From: Gracilinanus agilis
Lineage: Eukaryota
Direction of reading: 5' to 3'
Length of the DNA: 64,000 bases
NCBI RefSeq assembly: GCF_016433145.1
Contig: NC_058134.1
Location: forward strand, 55,923,306-55,987,305
Shown: one piece after another, positions 14,101 to 26,045 of the stretch
How the letters are laid out: the number at the start of each line of letters is the position of its first letter
Numbering within the stretch: position 1 is the first letter of the stretch
Notes under the pieces: model-generated
Databases searched by the model: none
What the model was told of the DNA's origin: nothing
Seen by the model: the letters and a program-made list of their open reading frames with translations, nothing else
Position numbers and translations under genes: made by a program

Positions 14101-14481
14101 ATCAAAGAAAATAAGCTTTTCTAGACAATTCTTACATGCATTTTACAACATATTTTAAGTGAATGTCTATCCAAGCTGTGTGTTCACAGTTATGACTCAA
14201 AATAACAACCTAGATTTACAAAGTACTTTTAGGTTTACAAAGTAATTTCCTGACAAAAATCTCAAGGGAAAGATAGCATTATCATTATTCCCAATCAAAA
14301 ATAAAGAACTTGAGGCTAAAAACTGGTGACTTGACTTCTCATGGTTATTTGTGTAAATAGGAGTCTGAGTTGTGATTCAGAGCTCTTTCAAACCAGCAGA
14401 CTCACTAGTTTGATATCCCTTCATAGATTATCTAGAACGTTTACTTGAAAGAAATGAATTTGAATTTGTCAAATATTTAAT

Positions 14482-14701
14482 NNNNNNNNNNNNNNNNNNN
14501 NNNNNNNNNNNNNNNNNNNNNNNNNNNNNNNNNNNNNNNNNNNNNNNNNNNNNNNNNNNNNNNNNNNNNNNNNNNNNNNNNNNNNNNNNNNNNNNNNNNN
14601 NNNNNNNNNNNNNNNNNNNNNNNNNNNNNNNNNNNNNNNNNNNNNNNNNNNNNNNNNNNNNNNNNNNNNNNNNNNNNNNNNNNNNNNNNNNNNNNNNNNN
14701 N
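14482..14701. other. Assembly gap (220 N)
   Basis: Run of N. Confidence 1.
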
Positions 14702-14949
14702 GAACTCTAGACCACTCACAAATCATAAACGGAAAGTCATGAGATTTTCACGCAAATTTGAAGGGCTCTCAGAAGCCTTCCAACCTAAGCCTGAGCACTG
14801 AAAAGTTAAGTGGCTTTGGCTAGTGTCGCATAACCAGAGGTGGGAGTTGAATTTAGGGCTTCAGTGCTTTATCTGTTAGCCATTCTGATTCTTTAATTTC
14901 TGGAAAGTCAGAAGAAAAAGGAGAAGTGTTCAAGGACCAGAGAGATGAG

Positions 14950-15320
14950 CAAATGACTCCCAGTTTTCAAAAAGATGGATTCTTTAAAGTTTAGGCTGGT
15001 GAACTTGACTTTGGTTCTTCACAAAAATTTTCATGGAGAATTTAAAGAGATATTGGAAGATCTCCAGGAGTTAAAGACAACATTTATTTATTTCTAGGAT
15101 AACAGGAAAGATTGAAAGCTTCAGAAGCACCTATAGCATGGTGGAGGACAGCAATTATGCTATCAAAATGTGGGGTTGTATTAATTGAGTTCTCTATTCT
15201 TCAAAAGCACCTCAGTTCAAGTGTCTCTTCAGCATCTGGCAATGACCCTCTATTCTAGAAAGTTGATGGACATGTTTGAGCTCTAGACTTCACCAAACTG
15301 GAAAAGTCAATCTGGTGAGG
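14950..15320 (+). mobile_element. Ancient L3/CR1 RT fragment
   Basis: Decayed RPVSLT-like (aggctggtgaacttgact) and DFSK-like (ctagacttcaccaaa) segments. Confidence 0.45.
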
Positions 15321-16109
15321 GAATACATGTGTGCTGCTCAAGGAGCAGTCTAGTCAAGTTGGGAGAGGCTCACTCCCAGATTAGCCACCAGATTATTAAC
15401 TCTTTTGAGACACAGAAATGCATGAAGACCAATCATTTTAGACCACAAGGGTTGCTATCTACATTGGCAGATAGATTGCCCATGCTGATGAAATAATAGA
15501 ACCTCTAAATATTGAAATAAGGCATTTTGTTATGGACTCAAATATTGATAAAATTAGGGAAGATGATCTTAAACTAGCCAGGATAGCTGTGAGCAAAGAA
15601 GTTGTATTGACTTGGAGTAGTTTGCGTTGACTTTACAATAAGGTGGACTGAAGTAAAACTCAGCTGTGGACCCCTTGGACAGGAAAATTATAAAAGCTGT
15701 TTTTTAGGCTTTCATGTGGGGAATCTCATCAGACTATGGGAACCTTCTTGTTGCCTGATTTGAACCTTCTTGCTAGAACTTTTATCTTCCCAAATTGTTT
15801 TTAAATGCTGCCTTAGAAATTGCTTCTATTTTGGGGTGCTAGAATGTCTTTTTTTGGTAATAAAGGATTATTTCTTTGAACCCTCAGACTCTGGGGGATC
15901 CATTTGCCCAGATATGGGACCCTGACTGGGATATAATGGCTAGAAATCCAGTCTTGGTGTCAAGTTGACCTAGATTCAAGTCCTGCTTCTGGTGCCTCCC
16001 CAACAAAAATTTAGCACAAAAGTTGCTAATTTGCACTGAGGAGGGAGGGGCAGGAGGGCTTTACATGAATGAAATCTAAAATAGGGGCAAAAAACTATTG
16101 AAATAGTGA

Positions 16110-16331
16110 GGTGGGGTTCTTAACTTTTCAGTGATCATGGACCTCTTTTTAGTCTTTGATGAAGTCTATGGATGCCCCCTCCAAAATAATGTTTTATATG
16201 CATGAAATAAAATAGAATTACAATGGAAACCAACTATCAAAGTGGTTATCAAAATATTTTTTCAATTGGTTCATGGACTCCAGGTTAACATTAAATCCAT
16301 GAATCTCAAATTAAAAAAAAAAAACCCTTCA
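16110..16331 (+). mobile_element. Charlie1-type hAT MITE relic
   Basis: ggggttcttaac...catggacc...gatgaagtctatgga...aataatgtttta...ggaaaccaa...catggactccaggttaa resembles Charlie1 ends as I recall them. No clear TSD. Confidence 0.65.
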
Positions 16332-18656
16332 CTAGAGAGAGGTTTACTATTCAGGAAAGGGAAAGAGATAATGGGTACTTAATTTTTTAAAGCTACCACC
16401 TGAAAACCATCCATATGCCTTCATTAATTGCTAAAAATTGGATTTGCCAGCTCCTGTAGATGCTACTTAAGGGCACTGACCACTCCCTGGAGAAACAAAT
16501 ATCCTTCCTTCCTTCCTTCCTTTTTTCTCTAAATAGCCAGTCGCATCCACTTTTAGGTTTTCTGGTTGTTAGAGAGTGTGAAAAAAAGACATGTGATGGC
16601 CAATAAGTACAAATTGGAACAATATTTACAAGAGCCTCTCCTTTATCTCCATTCTTCTTTTCTTTCTCCTCCAAGGAAAAATTCCTCTAAGAATAAATTT
16701 TTCCATCTCTCAGTGTTTTCTCCCCTTTTCCTCTAGAAATGTCTAGCCTCATATGGAAGTAGAAGTTCTGGACTTTTGAGGGATCCTCTCCTTGTCACCT
16801 TTAAACCTTGGCAGACCCAGGATTCACTCTATCTGTCAAGATCTTCCATTGTAAGAGGAAGGCTGTGCCAAATACAGTGAAGAAAAGTAATTTTCTACAG
16901 CAATTATTTATCAAAAATTACATTGTGGTATTTTAGTTTAATTACCCACTCAGACATTCCACCACTAGGAATCAGATAAGAATACTGTGGAGCAAAAGAG
17001 CTAGTTCTCTGCCCTGGATCTTAAAAGATTAAATGGTAAATCATTCTTGAGAAGAAGGAGGCATTATATGTAGCTCAGTGCCTTCCCTTGCAGCTGACTG
17101 TGGTTAGTTACTGATTAAACTTTGGGTTGGCATGATGTAATCTCAGAGGGTAAAGCTACACTCTTGGGATGTCAAGTGATTAGAGAACATTAGCTTAGAT
17201 GTGAACACAATCCTAAGGCTTGCCACAATGTCTATGTTAATATGATGAAAGTTTTCTGCCAAGACTTAAAATGGGAGTGGGGAATGGAGGGAAGCAACGG
17301 CATGCTGGGGAAACCCTTTTTTTTGCTCAAATGTAGAGGAAAGAGAAAGTGAAAGGATTAAAATTTGAGTGTTATATATTTAAGGAGTTGACTTGTTGGA
17401 ATTCTGCCCTGAAATATAACACAATAAGACTTAGACATGGAAAATACCCAAGCGAGGGCCAGTCGTTGTCAGTAAACCATTAGTGATTGGAGTTGAAATC
17501 ATGCTGGAACAGGGTAACAGAAACTTAAAACCAAGAAGCTAGTAATCTCTGCTAGAAACTCCAGTTTTTGAAGTAAGTCTTCCTGCAGAAGCATAGAAAC
17601 TTTCCCTATAACTTGTTAGAGCAATTAATCTAATCTATTCAGAGTTTCTATAACTCTATAATCAAAATGGAATAGCAAAGGATACTTTAGTCCCTCACCT
17701 TCCATAATTCCCCTTTTCTCTGTTTTTTAAAATTTAGAATTAAATTTAAAATTTATATGGGTAACTTTTAACAAAATCATTTTAGATACCCCTCTTTTCA
17801 GAGAGTCACTCCTTGTAACAAAGGACAAAAAGGGTCAGAGGAAAAAAAAAGGGAGAGAAAGACACTAAATCTAACAGTATATGCAGTGTTTCTCTCTCCT
17901 CTGAAAAGAAGGGTGAGAGATCCTGATTTGTTTTTTCAAAGTGCCATAGATTTAGAGTTGGAAAGGAACTTAGAGGCCAAGCAATCCAAACCCTTAATTT
18001 TACAGATGAGGAAACTGAGGCTCACAGAAGTTAGGTGACTTGTCTTGGGTTAAACTACCATTAAGTTTTGTGGTAGTCTGAGGTAGGATGCAAACTCAGA
18101 TGTTCCTGACTTCAAGTCCAGAGTTCAATTTATCATGTCACATAGTTGCCCAAACCAAATTATAAATTATTTCATAAAAATGTAAAATAAGGACAAGGAC
18201 TACTTACTTAAAATAAGTGTTATCCCCCTCGCCCCCCAAAAAGTCCTACTTAGGCAGCTTGGCTAAACACAGCTGGGGCGTGTGGAGTCAGCAGAAATTC
18301 TGAAGGATTGCAACCTTGCACAGACAGAAGAAATTATCCTCCTTTCTGGTAATACCTACTTTATTGGGCTTTTGAGGGGAAAGGTGGTTTAATTTTTTTG
18401 TTACAGGGCTGACAAGTTTTATATTTAATGTAACCATTTAATCCTTCCTTGCATCTCTGATGCTGACTCTTGACAGGAAAGGGAGTATTTGTTTTGTCTG
18501 ACTAAATTCTCAGGAAAGCCATGTAGGAATCCTACAAAAGAAACCCCTGTGACTATATTCAAGCTTGACCTTGGCCTTTATTAAAGAGTTGCTCAAGAAT
18601 GATGCATTTTCCAGAGAAGGGAGGGATGAAATGAACTCTCTTGTGGAAAGACTTAC

Positions 18657-18848
18657 CTGGGTAATCATTCTTGTCTATGTCTGAATCGCCTCTCAAAGTG
18701 AAGCCGAATCCCGATGGCACAGCCTGGGAGGCCCAGGCTCCATTCAGAATCTGGGAAGGTTTCTGGTTTAACCCTTCTGCGTTCCCATTGTAAATGAAGA
18801 CTTTGCCTCTTCCAGCTTCTCCTGCAAATGGCGCGCCAACTGCAATGT
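18657..18848 (-). CDS. ITGA8: ITGA8 exon 13 (192 nt): (D)IAVGAPFAGEAGRGKVFIYNGNAEGLNQKPSQILNGAWASQAVPSGFGFTLRGDSDIDKNDYP(D)
   Basis: Acceptor TAG 18849-18851 and donor GTAAGT 18651-18656. Translated by hand because this frame is absent from the ORF track; ends in the DIDKNDYPD Ca2+ loop. Confidence 0.97.
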
Positions 18849-18888
18849 CTACAAGACATAAATACTTATTTTTTAAAGGGTGACCTTT

Positions 18889-19458
18889 TGATTAATTAAG
18901 TAATTAAATGATTTTATTTCTTTTTACCAATTACGTGTTATAAATTTCCACACGTTTTCCTAAGTTATATGATCAAATTTATCTCCCTCCCTTCCCTTCC
19001 CTGTCCCAATGCTGGCAGGTGATTCTATCTGAATTTTACATGTATTATCATACAAAACATATTTCCATATTGTTCATTTTTGTAAATGAGTAATCTTATA
19101 AAACCAAAATTCCAAAGCATAAACCCAAATAAACAATTGAAAAAATCGTATGCTTTCATCTTCATTTGATTCAAACAGTTCTTTCTCTGGAGGTAGATAG
19201 CAATCTTTGCCCTAAGTCCTTCATAATTGTCCTGGATCATCATATTGTCTATAATACATCACAGTTGATAATCCCACAATATTGCTGTTACTGTGTACAA
19301 TATTTTCCAGGTTCTGCTTATTTCACTCAGCATCAGTTTCTTTCATAGTTCTTTCAGTTCTTTCTGAACTCAATCTGTTCATCACTCCTTAGAGCACAGT
19401 AGCATTCTATCACCACGATATACCACAATTTACTCAGCCATTCCCCAACTGATGGACA
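18889..19458 (-). mobile_element. 5'-truncated L1 3' end (ORF2 tip plus 3' UTR), in sense orientation to ITGA8
   Basis: Reverse complement of atgtccatcagttggggaatggctgagtaaattgtggtat...gaaactgatgctgagtgaaataagcagaacc. Imperfect flanking repeat ttttaaagg(g)tg(a/t)cctttt at 18870-18888 and 19459-19476. Confidence 0.88.
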
Positions 19459-20022
19459 TTTTAAAGGTGTCCTTTTAAAATGAGAATTTATAAGACAATA
19501 ATTCCACAGATTTAGAGTTGATAAAGGCTTTTATGGGTCATGAAGTCTCCCTCCCTTTTTATTATTGAGAAAAATGGTATCTAGAGAGCTTAAGAGGCTT
19601 CCTAGGCAGATAAAATTAGAGCCCAGAAGCCCTCAAATTTCATCTCCTCTACTTAGAGAAGAGGACACTGAGACTCCAGGAGGTTAAGAGATTTGCCCAA
19701 GGTCAAACAACTAGTAAGTGTATTAGAGGCAGTATTTAAAAGCATTTCTTTTGACTTCAGAGTTAGTGCTCTTGGGTTTCTCCATAATAACACATTACAC
19801 CCTCAGGTAGCTAAGGGTAGGACCAGAATTTAAGCCCAAGTGTTTGACTCCAAGACCCAGAGTCTTTCTATTACTGCACCATATCCTAGTTACACTAAGA
19901 TCATGGATTCATCAGATCCCTCTGGAATCCTACTCTATCACAATAGTTTATAATCCAAAATTCTGTTAAACAACTTTATCTGTAAATGAAAACAACTTCA
20001 ATAAATGCTTTACCTTCATTAC

Positions 20023-20028
<6 letters not shown>

Positions 20029-20054
<26 letters not shown>
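20029..20054 (+). repeat. (TG)n microsatellite
   Basis: Direct reading. Confidence 0.95.
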
Positions 20055-21107
20055 ATGGTATCTTCCAATTTTTAATATTTTTACTTAGCAAAGTATTCTG
20101 GGAATCTTCTTATTTTCGAGGGGTGGGTGAGACAGGAAACTGTTATTTCATAAACAGGGGATTTTGAGTAACTCCCATTAGCAATGACAGTGTACATTTG
20201 GTCTTTAGTTTATCATTTCAGACAGCTATGTGGGTAACAATGGTGTCTAGGGGATAGGGCACCACACTTGGACTGAGGAATAACTGGATTCAAATACTAC
20301 TGGCTATGTAACCCCCAGGGAATTTAATTCAATTTTACAATCTATAAAATAAAGATGGGGGCAGGCAAGGACTTAAAAGCATCTATTGTACCTTCAAATT
20401 CTAAATTTATGTTCCTCTGATTTGTCTGTCCATAGTGGCACACAGAATTTTTCAGATTTAGGACTGGAATCCAAGGTCTTTCAAACTACTTAGCCAGCTC
20501 TTTATTATGCTCCACTCCTCTATATTCTCAGAAATTAAATAAATGTGAGCTATTATAATCACCATAACATCACTTGCTTCTTTGTTTTAAGACAGCCAGA
20601 AATAAGAATATCATTTGGCTAGTTGGTTTTCATTCGTATGGAATCACCCGATCCTTGATCCTTTGCAAGTCACTATCTGGAAGACAATATGGCATCATGG
20701 AGAGACGACTGGATTTAGATTTAGAAAACTTGGATTCAAGGTCAATCTGCATCTAATAACGATGATGAGGGCAATGATAACATAATATGATATAGTGTCC
20801 TAAGTTCTGGTAAGCAATTTACAAACACTATCTTATTTGAGCCTCAAAAACCCCAAGAGGCAGGTCCAATATAATTATCCTCATTTGACAGAGAAGAAAA
20901 CTGAGGCAGACAGAGGTTAAATGGCTTGCCCAAGGTCACTCCACTAGAAAATGTATGGAATTGGACTTGACTCAGGTCTTCCTGATTCCAGACCCAATAT
21001 TCTATTCATTGCATAGGCTAGCTGCCTTACTATCTGTGTAGCCTTGGGTAAGTCACTTACTTTCCTTGGTGACTCATCTATAAAATGTGTTTAGAAATTT
21101 TTATCTT

Positions 21108-21305
21108 GGGGCAGCTGGGTAGCTCAGTGGATTGAGAGTCAGGCCTAGAGACGGGAGGTCCTAGGTTCAAATCCGGCCTCAGACACATCCCAGCTGTGTG
21201 ACCCTGGGCAAGTCACTTGACCCCTATTGCCACTTACCACTTGACCCACCCTTACCACTCTTCCACCTATGAGTCAATACACAGAAGTTAAGAGTTAAAA
21301 AAAAA
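21108..21305 (+). mobile_element. Young SINE-1_MD-like SINE nested in a MIR-like relic
   Basis: Intact A box (tagctcagtgg) and B box (ggttcaaatcc), retained CpGs, A tail. 15-bp TSD agaaat(tt/ac)ttatctt at 21093-21107 / 21306-21320. Confidence 0.93.
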
Positions 21306-21889
21306 AGAAATACTTATCTTACCTCACAATATTGTTTTGAGTATTGAATAATGTATATAAAGTGTTTTGTAGCCTATCTAAACACTAGGGAAATAAAAGT
21401 TATTATTTCCTAAAAGTGAAATATTTTAATGAATCAGTGCCATTGCTTCTCATTTATGATAGTTTCTGAATGAGCTTCAGGAACCTGGCTCATGGTTCAT
21501 GTAACATGTATGGGCTATACAATAGCCTGCCTCATGTTCTGGAAGTGACCAAGGCTCTTGCACTGTTCCACTGTGGCATTCAATTTTGGTGGTAAGGATT
21601 TTTCTAAGGAAGCTTGAAATGCTTCAAATGTAGATCCAGAAAAATGCTAGGGAGCTGTCAGAGCAAGAACCTTATTCAAGCTAAGTTTGGAAAGAGCTAT
21701 ATATCAATACATCAATTTGGATTTCTTACATAAAGTCCCAAACAACCACCTTGACAGTGCCCACATTTTAATGACTGTATTACATACACCAAAAAGACCA
21801 GTATGAAATGACATTCTTTCCTTACACCAAAGAGTAACATGAAAATTATACAACGGTTGTAAAATATCGTGAGATTCAAATAAACTCAC

Positions 21890-22095
21890 CATTGTATCCA
21901 TCTTGGTTCAGATCTCCCAAATGGGTAATAGCACTTCCAAATCTGCCAAACACTTCGATTCCTGAGAGGACCTGGGCATCTCTGAAGAGCAAAGGACCTT
22001 CTTGCAAGTACAGGTAAACCTGTCCCACTTCTTTAGGGCTACTCTCAAATTCACGCTCCATGAAGAGGGGGGCTCCAATTAATACATCATCCAGG
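21890..22095 (-). CDS. ITGA8: ITGA8 exon 12 (206 nt): LDDVLIGAPLFMEREFESSPKEVGQVYLYLQEGPLLFRDAQVLSGIEVFGRFGSAITHLGDLNQDGYN(D)
   Basis: Acceptor CAG 22096-22098 and donor GTGAGT 21884-21889. Forms the C-terminal part of ORF 21876..22229; FG-GAP repeats with DLNQDGYND. Confidence 0.98.
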
Positions 22096-22460
22096 CTGAG
22101 AAAGAAAGAGAAAGGAGGGTCAAAGGGAAAGACAAGAAAAGGGAAAGAGACAGACAGATATATAGGGAAAGGGAGAAGGGGAGAAGGAATGAGAAAGATT
22201 TGGACAATCGGTATTTCTAAAGGCTTCAAATTCTTTTAAAAAGTCAGAAGCATCACTTGAATTCATCATTCTCCTAACAGTGTTTATAAACAAAAGATAT
22301 TCTGTCCAATTTAATTGAACCTTAGTAAAACTATATTGCCAGGAAAAAATTGTGGGCTAGTATAAAATCACAGCAATTATTGTGTGTCCATATAATTTCC
22401 TAATGGGAAAAATCATGTTCCTACCTAAACACACTGTCAAGTTTTAAATTATTTTGTAAA

Positions 22461-22472
22461 TATATATACATG

Positions 22473-22505
<33 letters not shown>

Positions 22506-22522
22506 ATGTGTGTGTGTGTGTG
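22461..22522 (+). repeat. (TA)n-(TG)n compound microsatellite
   Basis: Direct reading. Confidence 0.95.
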
Positions 22523-25399
22523 TCTGTAATTTATTGAGAAAAGAAATCTTTTTAGTTCACCAGCTGCTGATTGATTTTTGTTTTACTAAAATGATATACA
22601 ACATTCCAGGATAGCATTTTTAAGACATTTTAGAGGAGAATAAAGGAGTTTATGAAGAAATAACATTTTTAAATGGCTTAGTTAGGTAATACCAAAAGTA
22701 TTTTACTTGTGGGACACATCTGAAGTTTGGATAGTAAAGAAGTGTGAATTATTTGAAGTTACTATAGTAATGTTTCCCAAAATGAGGATGAGAGTACGTG
22801 TCCACCATACTGGATTCTTTCTCTTATTACCAACAACTTCCCAATTTTTCAGTATCATTTCCTATGCAACCCTTGTGGTGATCATCCCAAAGATATTTTT
22901 TCTCAATTAGAGTTTGATTCTCCATCCCCATTTATTTGTTGTATCAACCCTCTCTCACTTCTAAAGGACTAAAAAGCCTCAGGTTCATTCAGGATTGTAT
23001 CTTCCAGCTCTTAAAAATACTGCAAGTGTCAAAAGAATAAGCACAGACTTTGGGTTCAATAGAGCTCCATAAATGAACAATATTGGTATTAAGCCTGTTT
23101 TCCCATAGTCAATGTGGAGCTAATGACATGGACTCCTCTACTATTTATTACCAGTGTGTCCTTGGGCTAACCACCTTACTTTGTTAGACCTTCATTTAAT
23201 TTAATTATATGTCATTTATGGCCTCTTCCGCCCTTATTATTGTTGTTCTAAAGGCATTTATTTAATAACATCATTATAGACAACACACTATGCATTTAGC
23301 TGACTAAATTATGCTACAGTTCTTCTTACAATACTAATAATGGAATATCGGATTTAGCTTTCCATTGCTTATCAACCAATCCTTCTCTGAATAAATCCAT
23401 TTTATAATGATCATTCATTACTTTTACCTACCACCAAGGCTCAGCTTTTGTTCTACACATGCATCTCATTACTTGGTTCACGTGTTGTAATTAAGTGTTC
23501 ATGAATAAACTGGGCTCCAAAATTGGACTCTAACTTTCTCTTCTACAAGAGCTGTGTGTTCCATTTCTTATCTACCATCTAGTACCCTTAATTCATAAGA
23601 GGCTCATAGTTGGTGTGCAAAAGATGTTGGCTAAATGAATAAATGAAGCACTAAACTACATAACACTTGTCAACAAGGGTTAAATTAGGAGCCAATCAAC
23701 TGCTCCAACTGCAATATGAAATAATAAAGTAAAATTTAAATATTACAATCTTGCATTTCAGAAAACAACCAGTTCTTTTTTTATATCTCTCTATGAGCTA
23801 TACATACATACTTTTATAACATATACAATATACACACATTATATGTAGGTGTATATATATATACATATGTACATGTATATTTAGGTAGTCAGATATTGGA
23901 AGATGCAGGGACTGATATTTGCCACGTTTTTCCTTTCATCTGAATCTACTTTGTAAGTCTGGCTACCAAAGCTTGAACCAGGATGGAGTCCTCAGAGTAA
24001 GTCAACAAACAGATTTATTTATGCTGAGTCTTCCACATAAATACAAGTATCCAATGTTACTTCCTTTCCAATAAAACAGCCTGAGAATGGTCAAGTTAGC
24101 CACCTGCTGGGCTTTCACTCAGCTCCTTTGTGTCCTGCAGTGGCCATAAACAGCAGGAGGATGGGAAGTGTCAATGGGTTAAAGTGTAATTTTGTGAAAC
24201 CGTGATACAATACAAATATACCAAGGCAGTGTGACTGAAGTTTTGGACACAGGCTTGTTTGTTTCAGGCAGAAGATGAAAAGCATCAGTATCTTTTGTTG
24301 TTGAAAACTTGTCCAAAGACTTATAACCAAACATCGATGGCTTCAAATACATCGACTGGCTTCTATTCTTGAGGGCATCTAGCTTCTCAAGTTAACTTCC
24401 CCAGCCTATTTATGTTTCTCAAATATCTGGAGTCCTTGAAAGTTCATTCATCAATCAAGAACCAACATTCATTAAACAATTTAATCCCAATTGTTTAGAA
24501 TTCACTCAAATGACTATTAAGAGATTGTATTTAGTGAGTTAGCTTAATGTGAGAGCAAAGGAGGGAAGTTAGAGGTTCTGAGGAAATGGCACTTAATTTA
24601 CTTGTTGGACTGTATTACCCAAGACGATGAACCAATTTTCTCCTCTGAGTCTCAGCTCTTGCCATGCAATATCTTAGAAGGGATTAGAGCACAAGATTTA
24701 CCTAATGGGCAGAGTACAAATCACCTATATAGGGGAGTTATACAGAATATACAAGAGGGAAGTAGGTATAAATAGTCTAACATAAAATGTATTATTTACC
24801 TACCCATCTCTTGGTTAGTGACTTGGATCTCTTTCACCACCCTTAGGACTGTACTAAGAAAGCACTGTACTAAGAAGAAACATTCAACTCATACTTTGAA
24901 TCTTATTTTGCTATATTAAGCAAAAAGGTTGAAGAGCATTTTATAAACTTTTAAGAAGTATATAAATTCTAATTACTATTATTTCTATTATTATTATTAT
25001 TATTTGGGATAACTAGAGGGAAGACCATGGAAAATTGCTCTTAAAGAAGCCTGACTGTCAGGACTGTTAGGGAGGCAGAGTCAAGATGGCAGATTAGGGA
25101 TAGCCACTCAGCGGAACTCTCCCAACATTCCTCTCCAAATACTTTAAAATAACATCTCAAATCAAATTTTGAAGAAGCACAGCCAACAAAAGGTTGGTGT
25201 GAGGCATTTTTCTGACCTAAGTAAACATAGGAAGTCTTCAGAGAAGTTTGTGTCATCAGGGTGAAAGCATGGAGTCTGCTACAGTTTGGGGAGAAAAGTC
25301 AAAAGAATGAAAAAAAGGAAGAAAATGTGAACTACTTCATTACAAAAACAACAAACTTGGAAAATAGATCCTAGAAGAAAAAATTTAAGAATTGTTAGA

Positions 25400-25610
25400 G
25401 GGGCAGCTAGGTGGCTCAGTGGATAAAATGCCAGGCATAGAATCAGGAGGACCTGGGCTCCTGGGTTCCAATATGACCTCAGATACTTCCCAGATGGGTG
25501 ACCCTGGACAACCTCAAATGCCTACCCATTATGACTCTTCTTTCTTGGAACCAATATTTATATTGATCCTAAGACATAAAATAAGAAATATTTAAAAAGA
25601 AAGGGAGAGA
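25400..25610 (+). mobile_element. SINE-1_MD-like SINE inside the L1 derivative's ORF1
   Basis: ggggcagctaggtggctcagtgg head. TSD-like aagaatt(g/a)ttaga on both sides. Confidence 0.85.
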
Positions 25611-25857
25611 GAGAAAAGAATTATTAGACTACTTGAAATTTAGGACCAAAGAAAGAGCTAATGCATCTTATCTTAAGAAATAATCAAGGAGAAAAGAGGA
25701 TAAAATAAAAACCAAAAGAATCTACCAATTATCTCCTGAAAGGGACCCCATTATGAAAACTCCAAAGAATATTATAATCAAATTCCAATGCTCCCAGGAC
25801 TAAGAAAAAATCAATTGAAAGAAAACAGAAGGAAGCAATTTTAAATATCACGGAATA

Positions 25858-26045
25858 GGGGGCAACTAGGTGGCTCAGAGGATTGAAAGTCAGGCTCAGA
25901 GATGGTAGGTCCTGGGTTCCTCAGTCATTTCCTAGCTGTATGACCCTGGGCAAGTCACTTAATTACCATTGCCCACCCTTACCATTTTACTATGCTGGAA
26001 CCACTACATACTATTGCTTCTAAGGTGGAAGGTAAGGGTTTAAAT
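25858..26045 (+). mobile_element. SINE-1_MD-like SINE inside the L1 derivative's ORF1
   Basis: gggggcaactaggtggctcag head and ggaaggtaagggtttaaa tail. Confidence 0.85.

Noticed and set aside
14469-14726. ORFs spanning N runs (also 46284-46751)
   Set aside because: They are artefacts of translating N as X.
21108-21190. tRNA-like heads with A and B boxes (many copies) as tRNA genes
   Set aside because: They continue into SINE bodies with A tails and TSDs and show no cloverleaf 3' half.
21876-22229. 117-aa ORF with a hydrophobic, Phe/Pro-rich N-terminus that resembles a signal peptide or novel isoform start
   Set aside because: The N-terminal part is the intronic polypyrimidine tract read in frame. 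Only 21890-22095 is exon, bounded by canonical splice sites.
24724-24733. Perfect CArG box CCTATATAGG (SRF site; ITGA8 is a smooth-muscle gene)
   Set aside because: Several CC(A/T)6GG matches are expected by chance in 64 kb of AT-rich DNA, and there is no supporting context. It would only matter if conserved.
24848-24880. Short tandem micro-duplications (ctgtactaagaa x2 here; tactgtgtacat x2 near 36511; ggttattgagg x2 near 51541)
   Set aside because: Ordinary replication-slippage events with no sign of function.
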